Shown here: piece after piece, positions 56,387 to 64,000 of the stretch
Position numbering within the stretch: the first letter of the stretch is position 1
Layout of the letters: each line of letters begins with the position of its first letter
Source of the DNA: an uncultured Pedosphaera sp.
GTDB taxonomy: Bacteria; Verrucomicrobiota; Verrucomicrobiia; Limisphaerales; Pedosphaeraceae
Assembly (NCBI GenBank): GCA_903918755.1
Contig: CAIXFN010000034.1
Location: 156,618 to 220,617 of the forward strand
Direction: 5' to 3'
Length of the DNA stretch: 64,000 bases
Position numbers and translations under genes: made by a program
Notes under the pieces: model-generated
Databases searched by the model: none
Told to the model about the DNA's origin: nothing
Seen by the model: only the letters and a program-made list of their open reading frames with translations

Positions 56387-57211
56387 TCAACCCCGGCGGG
56401 CCAACCGGTCCAGAAATGTTTCCAAGGCCGCAATCTCCGCCTGGGTGGCCGTGTCCTGGCCGGCATATTCCTTGATCACCCTGTTCAAATGCGCCTTGAA
56501 AATGCGTTTGCCACTCAGCAGCAGATTCGAGGCATCCGTGGGCGACCGCAATTCAAACCGCGCAATCAATTCATCATAAGGCACTTGGGGAGCGTCGTTC
56601 AACATCGGTTCCAACAACCGGACCCGGAACATTTCCCAAATATAACTCCGGCGGGGTTGCTCCGCCGCCGGATCACGGCAATCCACCTCCATCCGCGACA
56701 ACGTCTCCGCCAGCACCGTGCGGGCCCAGGTCAGGTCAAATTCTTCCGCCGGCGCCACAGGCTCCGGCAATTCCTCCGTCAATCCGTCCAACGACACCGG
56801 CGCATGCTTCACCTCGGCCCGACTCAACCGATCCAGGACAAAATTCCGGAGACTGGTTTTGAGAAAGTTTCGAAACTGCCCCCGGTCCCTGTCCGCCTGC
56901 TGCAACCACCCCGCCTTCAGGATTTTGTCCTCCGCAAACTCCTGCAGTAACGTTTCCGCCTGCTCCTGCAGTCCGGGGAAGGTGGCCACCAGAAAAATCC
57001 GCAACGGCCCCCAATACCGCCGGATCAACCGATCCAACCGCGCCTCATCCGGCTCGGCGGTGGGCGTCAGTTCCGCCCAGTCGGTCCGGGGAAAGATCGA
57101 AGTTTTGACGGTTTCGTTGGACACAGTGGATGAGGTGGCAGGGACCAGCCGAGCGGCCCCGCTTAGGTGTAAGCCAAAGGGCAGCGGCGGATGAATTCCG
57201 CCTGCGCACAC
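56387..57211 (-). CDS. ECF-type RNA polymerase sigma factor (extended, kinase-associated type)
   Basis: 274 aa. Region-2-like block LIRRYWGPLRIFLVATFPGLQEQAETLLQEFAEDKIL and C-terminal region-4-like HTH (YDELIARFELRSPTDASNLLLSGKRIFKAHL). Genomic association with a Ser/Thr kinase as in PVC bacteria. Start codon uncertain. Confidence 0.55.
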   Translation of the reverse strand: MCAGGIHPPLPFGLHLSGAARLVPATSSTVSNETVKTSIFPRTDWAELTPTAEPDEARLDRLIRRYWGPLRIFLVATFPGLQEQAETLLQEFAEDKILKAGWLQQADRDRGQFRNFLKTSLRNFVLDRLSRAEVKHAPVSLDGLTEELPEPVAPAEEFDLTWARTVLAETLSRMEVDCRDPAAEQPRRSYIWEMFRVRLLEPMLNDAPQVPYDELIARFELRSPTDASNLLLSGKRIFKAHLNRVIKEYAGQDTATQAEIAALETFLDRLARRG

Positions 57212-57296
57212 CCGCGTCGTTTACCGTTCCATATCATCGCGCAAGATGGATTCGACCCGCCCTCCGGTCAAGCAGATCATTGGGCACCAGGCGCCC

Positions 57297-57552
57297 CGCT
57301 CGCCGCGCTCGGAAGGGCCCGACCGTGCTGAAGCGTTTTCCATCATGTAAAATCCTGTAAATCCTGTCTAAATCTCCGCGCCCGAAAAATAGCGGCCCCG
57401 TTAAAGCTGGGAGTGACAGGATGGACAGGATTATCCGGATCAGCTCGCCGCGCTCGCAAGGGCCCGACCGTGCTGAAGCGTTTTCCATCATGTAAAATCC
57501 TGTAAAATCCTGTCTAAATCTTCGGCCCGAAAAATAGCGGCCCGGTTGAAAC
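57297..57552. repeat. 2 x ~108-bp direct repeat (97% identical) in a divergent promoter region; each unit carries atcctgtaaa(a)tcctgtc, with an inverted gacaggatggacaggat between the units
   Basis: Units 57297-57404 and 57444-57552: gctcgccgcgctcgSaagggcccgaccgtgctgaagcgttttccatcatgtaaaatcctgtaaa(a)tcctgtctaaatctYcgScccgaaaaatagcggcccSgtt. Each contains GGAAGG/GCAAGG-N16-GCGTT, loosely ECF-promoter-like. Confidence 0.65.
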
Positions 57553-57555
57553 AGG

Positions 57556-58530
57556 ATGGGATTGGCAGTAACCTTTGGTTCGCACCCATATCCGATGCAA
57601 CGCCGATCACCTTCACCTGCCTGGTTCCTGTTCTGGTTCGCACCCCTTACGGCGGAGTATGTGAGCGGCTCCGCGCCCTACCTGAACCCCTTCATCTGGC
57701 TGGCGAACTTGCTCCTCTATGGCCCGGGCGTGCTCCTGATCCGCGAACTGCGGGTGCGCTGGGGCAAAGGCTGGCTGGCCGTGTTCATCCTTGCAGTGGC
57801 CTACATGATTGCTGAGGAAGGCCTGCTGTTGAACACCCTGTTCGATCCCACAAAAAACACCTCGGGCCGTCTGCTCGGCGTCAATTGGGTGTGGACGACC
57901 GGCATGCTCGTGGTCCACACACTCGTCAGTCTCCTGGCCCCCCTCCTGATCGCCGAAGCCCGGTTTCCGGAGCGGGCGGCGGAGCCCTGGCTCAGCCGGA
58001 AGGCTTTCTACCAACTGCTCGTCTTGTTCATCGTGAATGTTTTGGGACTCGGCCGGCTCCTGGCCCCGCATGACCGTCCCGGAATTGCCGGCTTTTGCTG
58101 GCAGTTGGTCATCATCGGCGGCTGCCTTTGGCTGGCCAAAAATAGTCCCGGCCCCGAGTGGGAATCGCGCCTAGCTACGGCGGCGGTCCGCTCCGCCCGC
58201 TGGTGGTTCTTTACCTCACTGGCCGGCATGTTTACCACCATGGTGGCGGAGTTTGTCTTCCCTGCCCTCCCGCTCCCCGGGGTCATCAAAGTGGCCCTCA
58301 TGCTGACTGCTTTCCTGACCTACCTGGCATGGTTCCGCCGAGAGGGCGCGTTGGCCCCCGCGCAAAAACCAATCCTCCGCTTCGCCGCGGGCTGCGGGAT
58401 CGTGAGCTTCTGGATCCTGCTTTCTCCGCTCATGTCTCTGGCCAAGGGAAATCCGGGACCGGTTCTTTTTGGTGCGGGCACCGCCCTATTTCTGTGGCGG
58501 GAACACCGGCGACGTCTGGCGGCTGATTGA
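57556..58530 (+). CDS. Polytopic membrane protein, hypothetical
   Basis: 324 aa with roughly 8 predicted TM segments. Alternative start at M 57595. No known domain recognised. Confidence 0.55.
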   Translation: MGLAVTFGSHPYPMQRRSPSPAWFLFWFAPLTAEYVSGSAPYLNPFIWLANLLLYGPGVLLIRELRVRWGKGWLAVFILAVAYMIAEEGLLLNTLFDPTKNTSGRLLGVNWVWTTGMLVVHTLVSLLAPLLIAEARFPERAAEPWLSRKAFYQLLVLFIVNVLGLGRLLAPHDRPGIAGFCWQLVIIGGCLWLAKNSPGPEWESRLATAAVRSARWWFFTSLAGMFTTMVAEFVFPALPLPGVIKVALMLTAFLTYLAWFRREGALAPAQKPILRFAAGCGIVSFWILLSPLMSLAKGNPGPVLFGAGTALFLWREHRRRLAAD

Positions 58531-58721
58531 CGACGCCGCCACGGCAACACGCGCCTCGGGCATAACGAAGGCTTTCCAGCCATTTCCTTCCCCTTCGCGT
58601 TTACCAGACAATCTCCTCCCTGCGCCGGGCACCTCGAGCGGGAGCGGGACGCCAACCACTCGAACATAACCATTGCCAGAAGCCGGGCCGGGGCATATAC
58701 CGGACCAAGCATGAGGAATCT

Positions 58722-60080
58722 ATGACCCCGGATTTGAACCTGATCAAGACCATCGTCGTGGTGATGATGGAAAACCGCTCCTTCGATCATCTGGGCGGCT
58801 ACCTAAGCTTGCCGCCTTTCAATTGGCCGAATGTCGATGGAATTCAAACCGACCCGGCCTGGATTGAAAAAGCGTCCAGTTTATACAACGGGTCCAAGTT
58901 TGCCCCCTACCTGCTCAATGATCCCTACGACTTGATCCAGGCGGATCCACCTCATGAACGCGATCCCATCGAGGTTCAGATGGGGACACCGACGGACGGC
59001 ATCTTTCCCATGGATGGATTTGTCACCAATTACGCCACCGCCAAAGGAGTTGGCCCGGTGAATCCGGGCGATGGCATTCCGGTCATGGGCTATTTCGGCG
59101 CCGAACAGGCACCCATCAGTGATTTCTTTGCCCAAAATTTTGCGGTCTGCGATCACTGGTTTTCCTCGCTTCCCGCGGGCACCCAGCCCAATCGCTTGAT
59201 GGCCATGAGCGGCTATTCCCGGATCGATGTGAACCGCACGATTCTTCCTGACCAGCACCTCGTTTACGATTGGCTGACGGAAAACAAAATTCGCTGGCGG
59301 GTTTACCACGAAGACATGCCCTTCTTCGTCATGATGCCCCGGTGGATCCCGGACATCCTTTCCGAAAATCACTTCCGGCCACTGGCGCAACTATTTGATG
59401 ATGTGCAGGGCAATCCCAATACCTTCCCCCAGGTCATCTTCATTGAACCCACGTACACCGACGCTCCTCACCTCGGTTTGAGCACAGACGACCATGCGCC
59501 ATCCGCGGTCAAAGGCGGGCAGGAATTTCTGCTGGAAGTGTATCGCGCGATGAGCCTGGTGCCGGATATTTGGAAAAGCTCCGTCATGATCGTGACCTAC
59601 GACGAACATGGTGGGTTCTTCGATCACGTCTCGCCCAACCCAATTCCCACGGCCCCTCCCCCGGATGCGCTTTACCCGAAGGGATTCGATACGCTGGGAG
59701 TCCGGGTGCCGGGTTTTGTGGTTTCACCTTTGGTCAAACCCAAGACCGTCTTCAATGGCGTGCTCGACCATACGTCAGTTTTGAAGTTCATCGCCCAGAA
59801 ATTCGGAGGCGGAAAGCCGTATTCCGAAGTCGTGGACCAACGTCCGGTGGGCAGTGTGCTGGACGTCCTCAACCTCGCCACCCCCAGGCCGCAGATTCCG
59901 ATCGTGCCGCCGCTCGTCAGCTATCTGGCCAAGGACCCATCCAGTGCCGGGTACCTGCCGGGAAGCCCTTCACCTTCCGTCATTGGTGACGGATTCAAGC
60001 AGTCGTTGGATACCATCCGGACGCATCCCGCCAATACCGGCGGCAAGTTTACTGACCTATTGACCTCGTTCCCGCCGTAA
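58722..60080 (+). CDS. Phosphoesterase family protein (phospholipase C / AcpA acid-phosphatase-like)
   Basis: 452 aa. N-terminal hallmark IVVVMMENRSFDHLGGYL and later blocks (TYDEHGGFFDHV) typical of the PLC/phosphoesterase family. Confidence 0.8.
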   Translation: MTPDLNLIKTIVVVMMENRSFDHLGGYLSLPPFNWPNVDGIQTDPAWIEKASSLYNGSKFAPYLLNDPYDLIQADPPHERDPIEVQMGTPTDGIFPMDGFVTNYATAKGVGPVNPGDGIPVMGYFGAEQAPISDFFAQNFAVCDHWFSSLPAGTQPNRLMAMSGYSRIDVNRTILPDQHLVYDWLTENKIRWRVYHEDMPFFVMMPRWIPDILSENHFRPLAQLFDDVQGNPNTFPQVIFIEPTYTDAPHLGLSTDDHAPSAVKGGQEFLLEVYRAMSLVPDIWKSSVMIVTYDEHGGFFDHVSPNPIPTAPPPDALYPKGFDTLGVRVPGFVVSPLVKPKTVFNGVLDHTSVLKFIAQKFGGGKPYSEVVDQRPVGSVLDVLNLATPRPQIPIVPPLVSYLAKDPSSAGYLPGSPSPSVIGDGFKQSLDTIRTHPANTGGKFTDLLTSFPP

Positions 60081-60109
60081 GCACCTCGGATCGCCATTCT
60101 CTCCCGTCC

Positions 60110-60601
60110 ATGAAAATCAAATTCGCACCCGCATTTTTGTTCGTCGTCTTGGCTTGTGTCCTGGCCGGTTGTGGCTTTTTTGTTCCCTCAAAGCATGACC
60201 CTGCCCAATACGGCCCCGCCCAGGCCGCCGCGGAGGGCGGCGATCTGGTAACTTTAAAGCAATTGGTGAAAGCCGATCCCAGCCTCATTCACACCAATGA
60301 ATGGGGCAGCCTCACGCTGCTGCATCTCGCCGTGCTGCACAACCAAACTTCCACCGTCGACTATTTGGTGACCCAGGGTTCGGACATCAAGGCAAAGACT
60401 GACAAGGGTATCACCCCCATCCATGAAGCCGCCCAGAATGGCAACCAAGACATCATGGAGATTCTGCTGGCCCACGGCGCGGACATCAACGCCCTGGATG
60501 ATCAAAAGCAGACCCCTCTGGACCGGGCGCTGTGGAGCCATGCGGAAGTGGCGGATTTCATCAAACAAAAGGGCGGTCACGCGGGCAATGGCGGCCAGTA
60601 G
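60110..60601 (+). CDS. Ankyrin-repeat lipoprotein
   Basis: Lipobox LAGC. Three ankyrin repeats (TLLHLAVLHNQTSTVDYLVTQGSDIKAKTDKGITPIHEAAQNGNQDIMEILLAHGADINALDDQKQTPL). Confidence 0.75.
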   Translation: MKIKFAPAFLFVVLACVLAGCGFFVPSKHDPAQYGPAQAAAEGGDLVTLKQLVKADPSLIHTNEWGSLTLLHLAVLHNQTSTVDYLVTQGSDIKAKTDKGITPIHEAAQNGNQDIMEILLAHGADINALDDQKQTPLDRALWSHAEVADFIKQKGGHAGNGGQ

Positions 60602-60622
60602 TACTAGGAGGTAGATCGTTGC

Positions 60623-60964
60623 ATGACGAAGTCACAGATCAAAGGCACCACCCCATTGGTGCTCCAATTGCCCGCTCATTCCCTCAAAGATTATGACGCA
60701 CTGATTGAGTTGGAGAACCAGATCATTGAAGTATTGGGCAATGTCGGTGAGGTGGACGGACACGACATGGGTGCCGGCGAAATAAACATTTTCGTCCGCA
60801 CTGACCAGCCCGTGGTGGCATTTGAGACAATAAAATGCTCCCTCGGAACGCAGGATTTCCTGCCAGACATCAAGGCCGCATGCCGGGATGTCGGCGGGGA
60901 ACATTACACGGTGATACATCCACCCGGACTCGATCACTTTGCGATCGCGTATGGCGGACAATGA
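60623..60964 (+). CDS. Hypothetical protein (113 aa)
   Basis: ORF 20 nt after the ankyrin gene with reasonable codon bias. No recognisable domain. Confidence 0.45.
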   Translation: MTKSQIKGTTPLVLQLPAHSLKDYDALIELENQIIEVLGNVGEVDGHDMGAGEINIFVRTDQPVVAFETIKCSLGTQDFLPDIKAACRDVGGEHYTVIHPPGLDHFAIAYGGQ

Positions 60965-61351
60965 GTCACCAACGGACCGAAACGGTCATGAATCTCAACA
61001 CGCCTCTACAGCCCTTTGGGCTGTTCCGATCCGGATTCCGCGCGGTCCCGCCGGCGTCGGGCTTTTTCCTGTGCGCGCCAAAGGTGCGCGATTCTTCCGT
61101 GTCCGCCATAGCCTTTTCGGCACCGGCGGACCTGTCCGCAATGGCCTATCCAGCGGCGAAGACGGACCTGTCCGGCGTAGCTCTGAGCGAAGACGGAAGC
61201 CCAACCTATCCAGCCTGGGTTTCCTCGCATTTTCATTCCAGCGCCCTGAAGCAGGCGCGACACTGCTTCCCCCACTCATTTCACCCCCGCTTTGGCCGCG
61301 GTCGCCGGGTGGATGGCTTTCAGAACCTTGGTCGCCAATTCGCCCCCCCCC

Positions 61352-61813
61352 TCATCTGAGTTCCTTGATCCCTCCGCCGGGATCCGATTGACCGACCACC
61401 GATGCGTACCGCCCATCCGCTTCGCGATGGAGGAAAAGCATAAACGTCCGCTGGCGAAGAGTCGTTCGCTCCACCGGGTCAAAGGAGACCAACATAGGAC
61501 CGTTGGGCACGATCACCCCATCGGTGCTGGTGCGATAATGGTGAAAGGTGAATTCCTTCAGCGCCGGGTCGCCCTTGAGGACGGCGGCAACCGCAAACCG
61601 GGTTTCCACGCCGATCACGGGTTGGCCCACGAAGTCCGGGTGGTTGATGTGTTCGGCGGTGTCGTTGGTGGCAACGGGGCTGGCCAGGACCACCAAGTCC
61701 GACTTCTCCACCAACTCCTGGTACGTCCAGATGCGCACCACCCGGGCGGAAACGATGCCCGCGAACCCCAGCAGAAAAATGGTCGTCAGAGCCAGTCGGA
61801 AGATGAGTTTCAT
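61352..61813 (-). CDS. Secreted hypothetical protein (153 aa)
   Basis: Signal peptide MKLIFRLALTTIFLLGFAGIVSA. No recognisable domain. Confidence 0.5.
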   Translation of the reverse strand: MKLIFRLALTTIFLLGFAGIVSARVVRIWTYQELVEKSDLVVLASPVATNDTAEHINHPDFVGQPVIGVETRFAVAAVLKGDPALKEFTFHHYRTSTDGVIVPNGPMLVSFDPVERTTLRQRTFMLFLHREADGRYASVVGQSDPGGGIKELR

Positions 61814-61970
61814 ATTGTTGATTGGATGGAAGCTGTGGCGAAATGCTCCCGCAAAAAATAACTTGAGTGCGGATTCAATTGTCCATCGCTCGTCCGTCCT
61901 GTAAACTTTATATAAGGAAATCGCACAATGTCACCTTCATTACACCCGTTCTGTTGACTACCAAACGAAA

Positions 61971-62681
61971 TTGCATAATCTATTTGCGTTGTCGCACGTT
62001 TTTATGGATCTCGCTTCGCTCAAAAGAATGTTTGGAGAGGAATATCCCGCTGCGGCCGTGCAAGAGGGCATCCGAATGGTGCTGACAAAGCAAACACGTT
62101 TTACCCGGGATTACCGAGTACCAGAGGCGGAAATCAAGAATGCGAACTGCAGTGATTACATGATTTCGCGATTCATGGACGGCTCCGCGTCAATGACGGC
62201 GGAACAACTACGACTTGAATGGCCCAACTGGGAAGGGTGGGAGCAGTTGGATTTTTGTCAATCATCATGCTGGCTGCATAAACAGGCTGATTTCCCGGAT
62301 ATGCTTCGCTTTGTGATGCGGCACGGAAGTCCAAACACGTGGTCGGCGGTTGCTAATTCGATGGCGGCATATCTGCCGGCGGAAGAAGTGTTTGGCTTCT
62401 TGGTGGACGCGCTGGGTGCAACCCAAATTGGATGGGGCTCAAACATCATTCAAGCTATCGCCACAACCAAACACCCCGATGCACAGGTAATCTTGCGCAA
62501 ACACCTTGAAGCAATTTGGCAGCGCCCAGACCTGGGGCGCGAGCAGGCTGGTTTCAATGAGATTGCCCGGGAGGCGAAAACTTGCATCGATAATCTCGTC
62601 GCCCTCGGCGCTCCCCCTGCGGAATTTGCGGACAAAGCTTTCGCACTGTCGAAATACAACTCGCAGTTTCTGGTTTCCTGA
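61971..62681 (+). CDS. Hypothetical protein in a low-GC segment
   Basis: 236-aa ORF in a region of clearly lower GC than its surroundings. No recognisable domain. Start may be the downstream M at 62004. Confidence 0.45.
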   Translation: MHNLFALSHVFMDLASLKRMFGEEYPAAAVQEGIRMVLTKQTRFTRDYRVPEAEIKNANCSDYMISRFMDGSASMTAEQLRLEWPNWEGWEQLDFCQSSCWLHKQADFPDMLRFVMRHGSPNTWSAVANSMAAYLPAEEVFGFLVDALGATQIGWGSNIIQAIATTKHPDAQVILRKHLEAIWQRPDLGREQAGFNEIAREAKTCIDNLVALGAPPAEFADKAFALSKYNSQFLVS

Positions 62682-63146
62682 CGCGCTTCAGGCAGAGATT
62701 TCTTGAATCCTTCAAAGTGCCGCACATTTCTCGAAAAGTGAATCACACCGCGACGTAAAACGGCCAACGTGAGAATCCCGCCACCTGCCTAACCTGAGGC
62801 ACCGCCGCGCTACAACCAACCGACACCGGACAGATAAAGCGGGAAAAGACCAAAAGAATCGCGCACCAGCGCTGCGAAAAATTGCCCAGAAAGACGACCG
62901 GACACAAGATGACCAAGGCGAGCATGGGATCCAGCAGCACGATATAACTCCAGCTCAATCCATTATTATTATGAATTGAATCCTGAAAATCCCGCTCCCC
63001 CTTGGCCGCCTTCCCCCCTTCGTTACCTTTGCTACCTTCTGTAAAATGTCCCTTCAGGGTGTCGCCCGCCGTATCCCCCCGAAAATTGCCCCTAAATTCC
63101 TACCATAGGAATACGTTTTCTGAATTCCCATGCTATACCCGGAAGC

Positions 63147-64000
63147 ATGGACGTCAAACGTCGCGGCAAAATCGCCCGGTTGCCCCAGCGCATCCGCCAT
63201 GAACTGAGCATCCGTCTCGACGACGGCGACCCCTGCGCGGAAATCCTCGCCTGGCTCAACCCACTTCCCGAAGTCCGATCCGTCCTCGCCGAATACTTCG
63301 CCGGCGAACCCGTCACCGCCAAGAATCTCTCCCAATGGCAAAAAGGCGGCCACCAGGACTGGTTGCAATGGCAGGACGAACTCGCCGCCGCCGACCGTCT
63401 CCGCGACACCACCGCCGAACTGCGCGACCGCACCCCCGGCGCCCAAATCCTCGAAAACCTCGCCGCCTGGCTCACTGTCCAACTCACCGGGATCCTCGCT
63501 CAATCCGCGCCGGACGATCCTGCCGAGGAATTTGCGCTCCTCAACGCCGCGACTCAGGCCCTCTCCCAACTCCAGCAAGGCGACGCCACCCGCGACCGCC
63601 TCGTCCGCCAGCGTGCCGAGTTCGAGAAGACTCTCCCCGCCGACCTGGAGGAACAATTCCTCCAATACGCCGGCCGCCCGGAAATCAAAGAGCAATTCTG
63701 CGGCCCGCCCCTCACCGACGAAGAGCGCGACTACCATTTCCACGCCGCCCTCTGGACCGATTACGTTTACGAACGGGATATCGACAAAATGGTCCACGTC
63801 AGCCAGGCCAGCGAGCTGATTCGCCGCGAATACGCCGCCTACCACGACCTCCCGTGGGACGGCGAACCCGCCCCCGAACTCACCGAGGCCGATTACCGGA
63901 GAATCTTCGGCCTCTCCCCCGACGAACCCTTCCCCACCGAAGAAAACACCGCCTGTGAGACGCCCCCAACTCCGCCCGCATCTCCACCGCCTCCAACCAC
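63147..64000 (+). CDS. Hypothetical protein, N-terminal 284 aa (continues beyond window end)
   Basis: Open frame from ATG 63147 to the window edge. Absent from the track because it has no stop. Strongly GC3-biased codons (gcc/ctc/gac), balanced composition (MDVKRRGKIARLPQRIRHELSIRLDDGDPCAEILAWLNPLPEV...), ending in a Pro/Thr-rich stretch. The listed minus ORF 63054..63845 is its antisense shadow. Confidence 0.5.
   Translation, partial: MDVKRRGKIARLPQRIRHELSIRLDDGDPCAEILAWLNPLPEVRSVLAEYFAGEPVTAKNLSQWQKGGHQDWLQWQDELAAADRLRDTTAELRDRTPGAQILENLAAWLTVQLTGILAQSAPDDPAEEFALLNAATQALSQLQQGDATRDRLVRQRAEFEKTLPADLEEQFLQYAGRPEIKEQFCGPPLTDEERDYHFHAALWTDYVYERDIDKMVHVSQASELIRREYAAYHDLPWDGEPAPELTEADYRRIFGLSPDEPFPTEENTACETPPTPPASPPPPT

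Noticed and set aside
63054-63845. 263-aa minus-strand ORF near the window end
   Set aside because: Gly/Ala/Glu/Val-rich shadow of the plus-strand open frame starting at 63147, which has far better codon bias and composition.

Overview
High-GC (about 60-65%) bacterial chromosomal fragment. Gene content points to the PVC superphylum (Planctomycetota/Verrucomicrobiota): three DUF1501 sulfatase-like genes, two DUF1549/DUF1553 (PSCyt2/PSD1) genes, a PSCyt1-WD40 protein, a Gloeo_Verruco repeat protein, and an ECF sigma plus Ser/Thr kinase with NHL repeats. Layout from start to end: a partial MGDG-synthase-like glycosyltransferase (minus strand); a translationally coupled five-gene plus-strand operon (DUF1501 x2, Big_2-DUF1549-DUF1553, a 922-aa secreted coiled-coil protein, PSCyt1-WD40); aqpZ; a TetR-regulated RND efflux operon in which the RND permease and the outer-membrane factor are read as one 1548-aa ORF; a GH79-like pseudogene; an MsbA-like ABC exporter; a DUF433/DUF5615 toxin-antitoxin-like pair; a lower-GC accessory segment (23.5-27.6 kb) holding repeat-rich non-coding DNA and five small ORFs each preceded by a conserved GTT-core motif, which looks like an integron-type cassette array without an integrase; a Gloeo_Verruco protein and a 1430-aa secreted protein with a near-identical ~1.5-kb internal tandem duplication; a SNF2 helicase / SWIM zinc-finger / DnaQ-like exonuclease trio; flotillin; glnB and dnaA separated by long AT-rich non-coding DNA (candidate oriC); an ABC ATPase; a HEAT-repeat protein; tandem paralogous lipoproteins; a second DUF1553-DUF1501 pair; an ECF sigma-hypothetical-kinase module; a 2 x ~108-bp direct repeat; a PLC-like phosphoesterase; an ankyrin lipoprotein; and several hypothetical genes, ending in a partial plus-strand ORF. 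No rRNA, tRNA or CRISPR array was seen. Many long ORFs in the supplied track are antisense shadows of these genes and were discarded.
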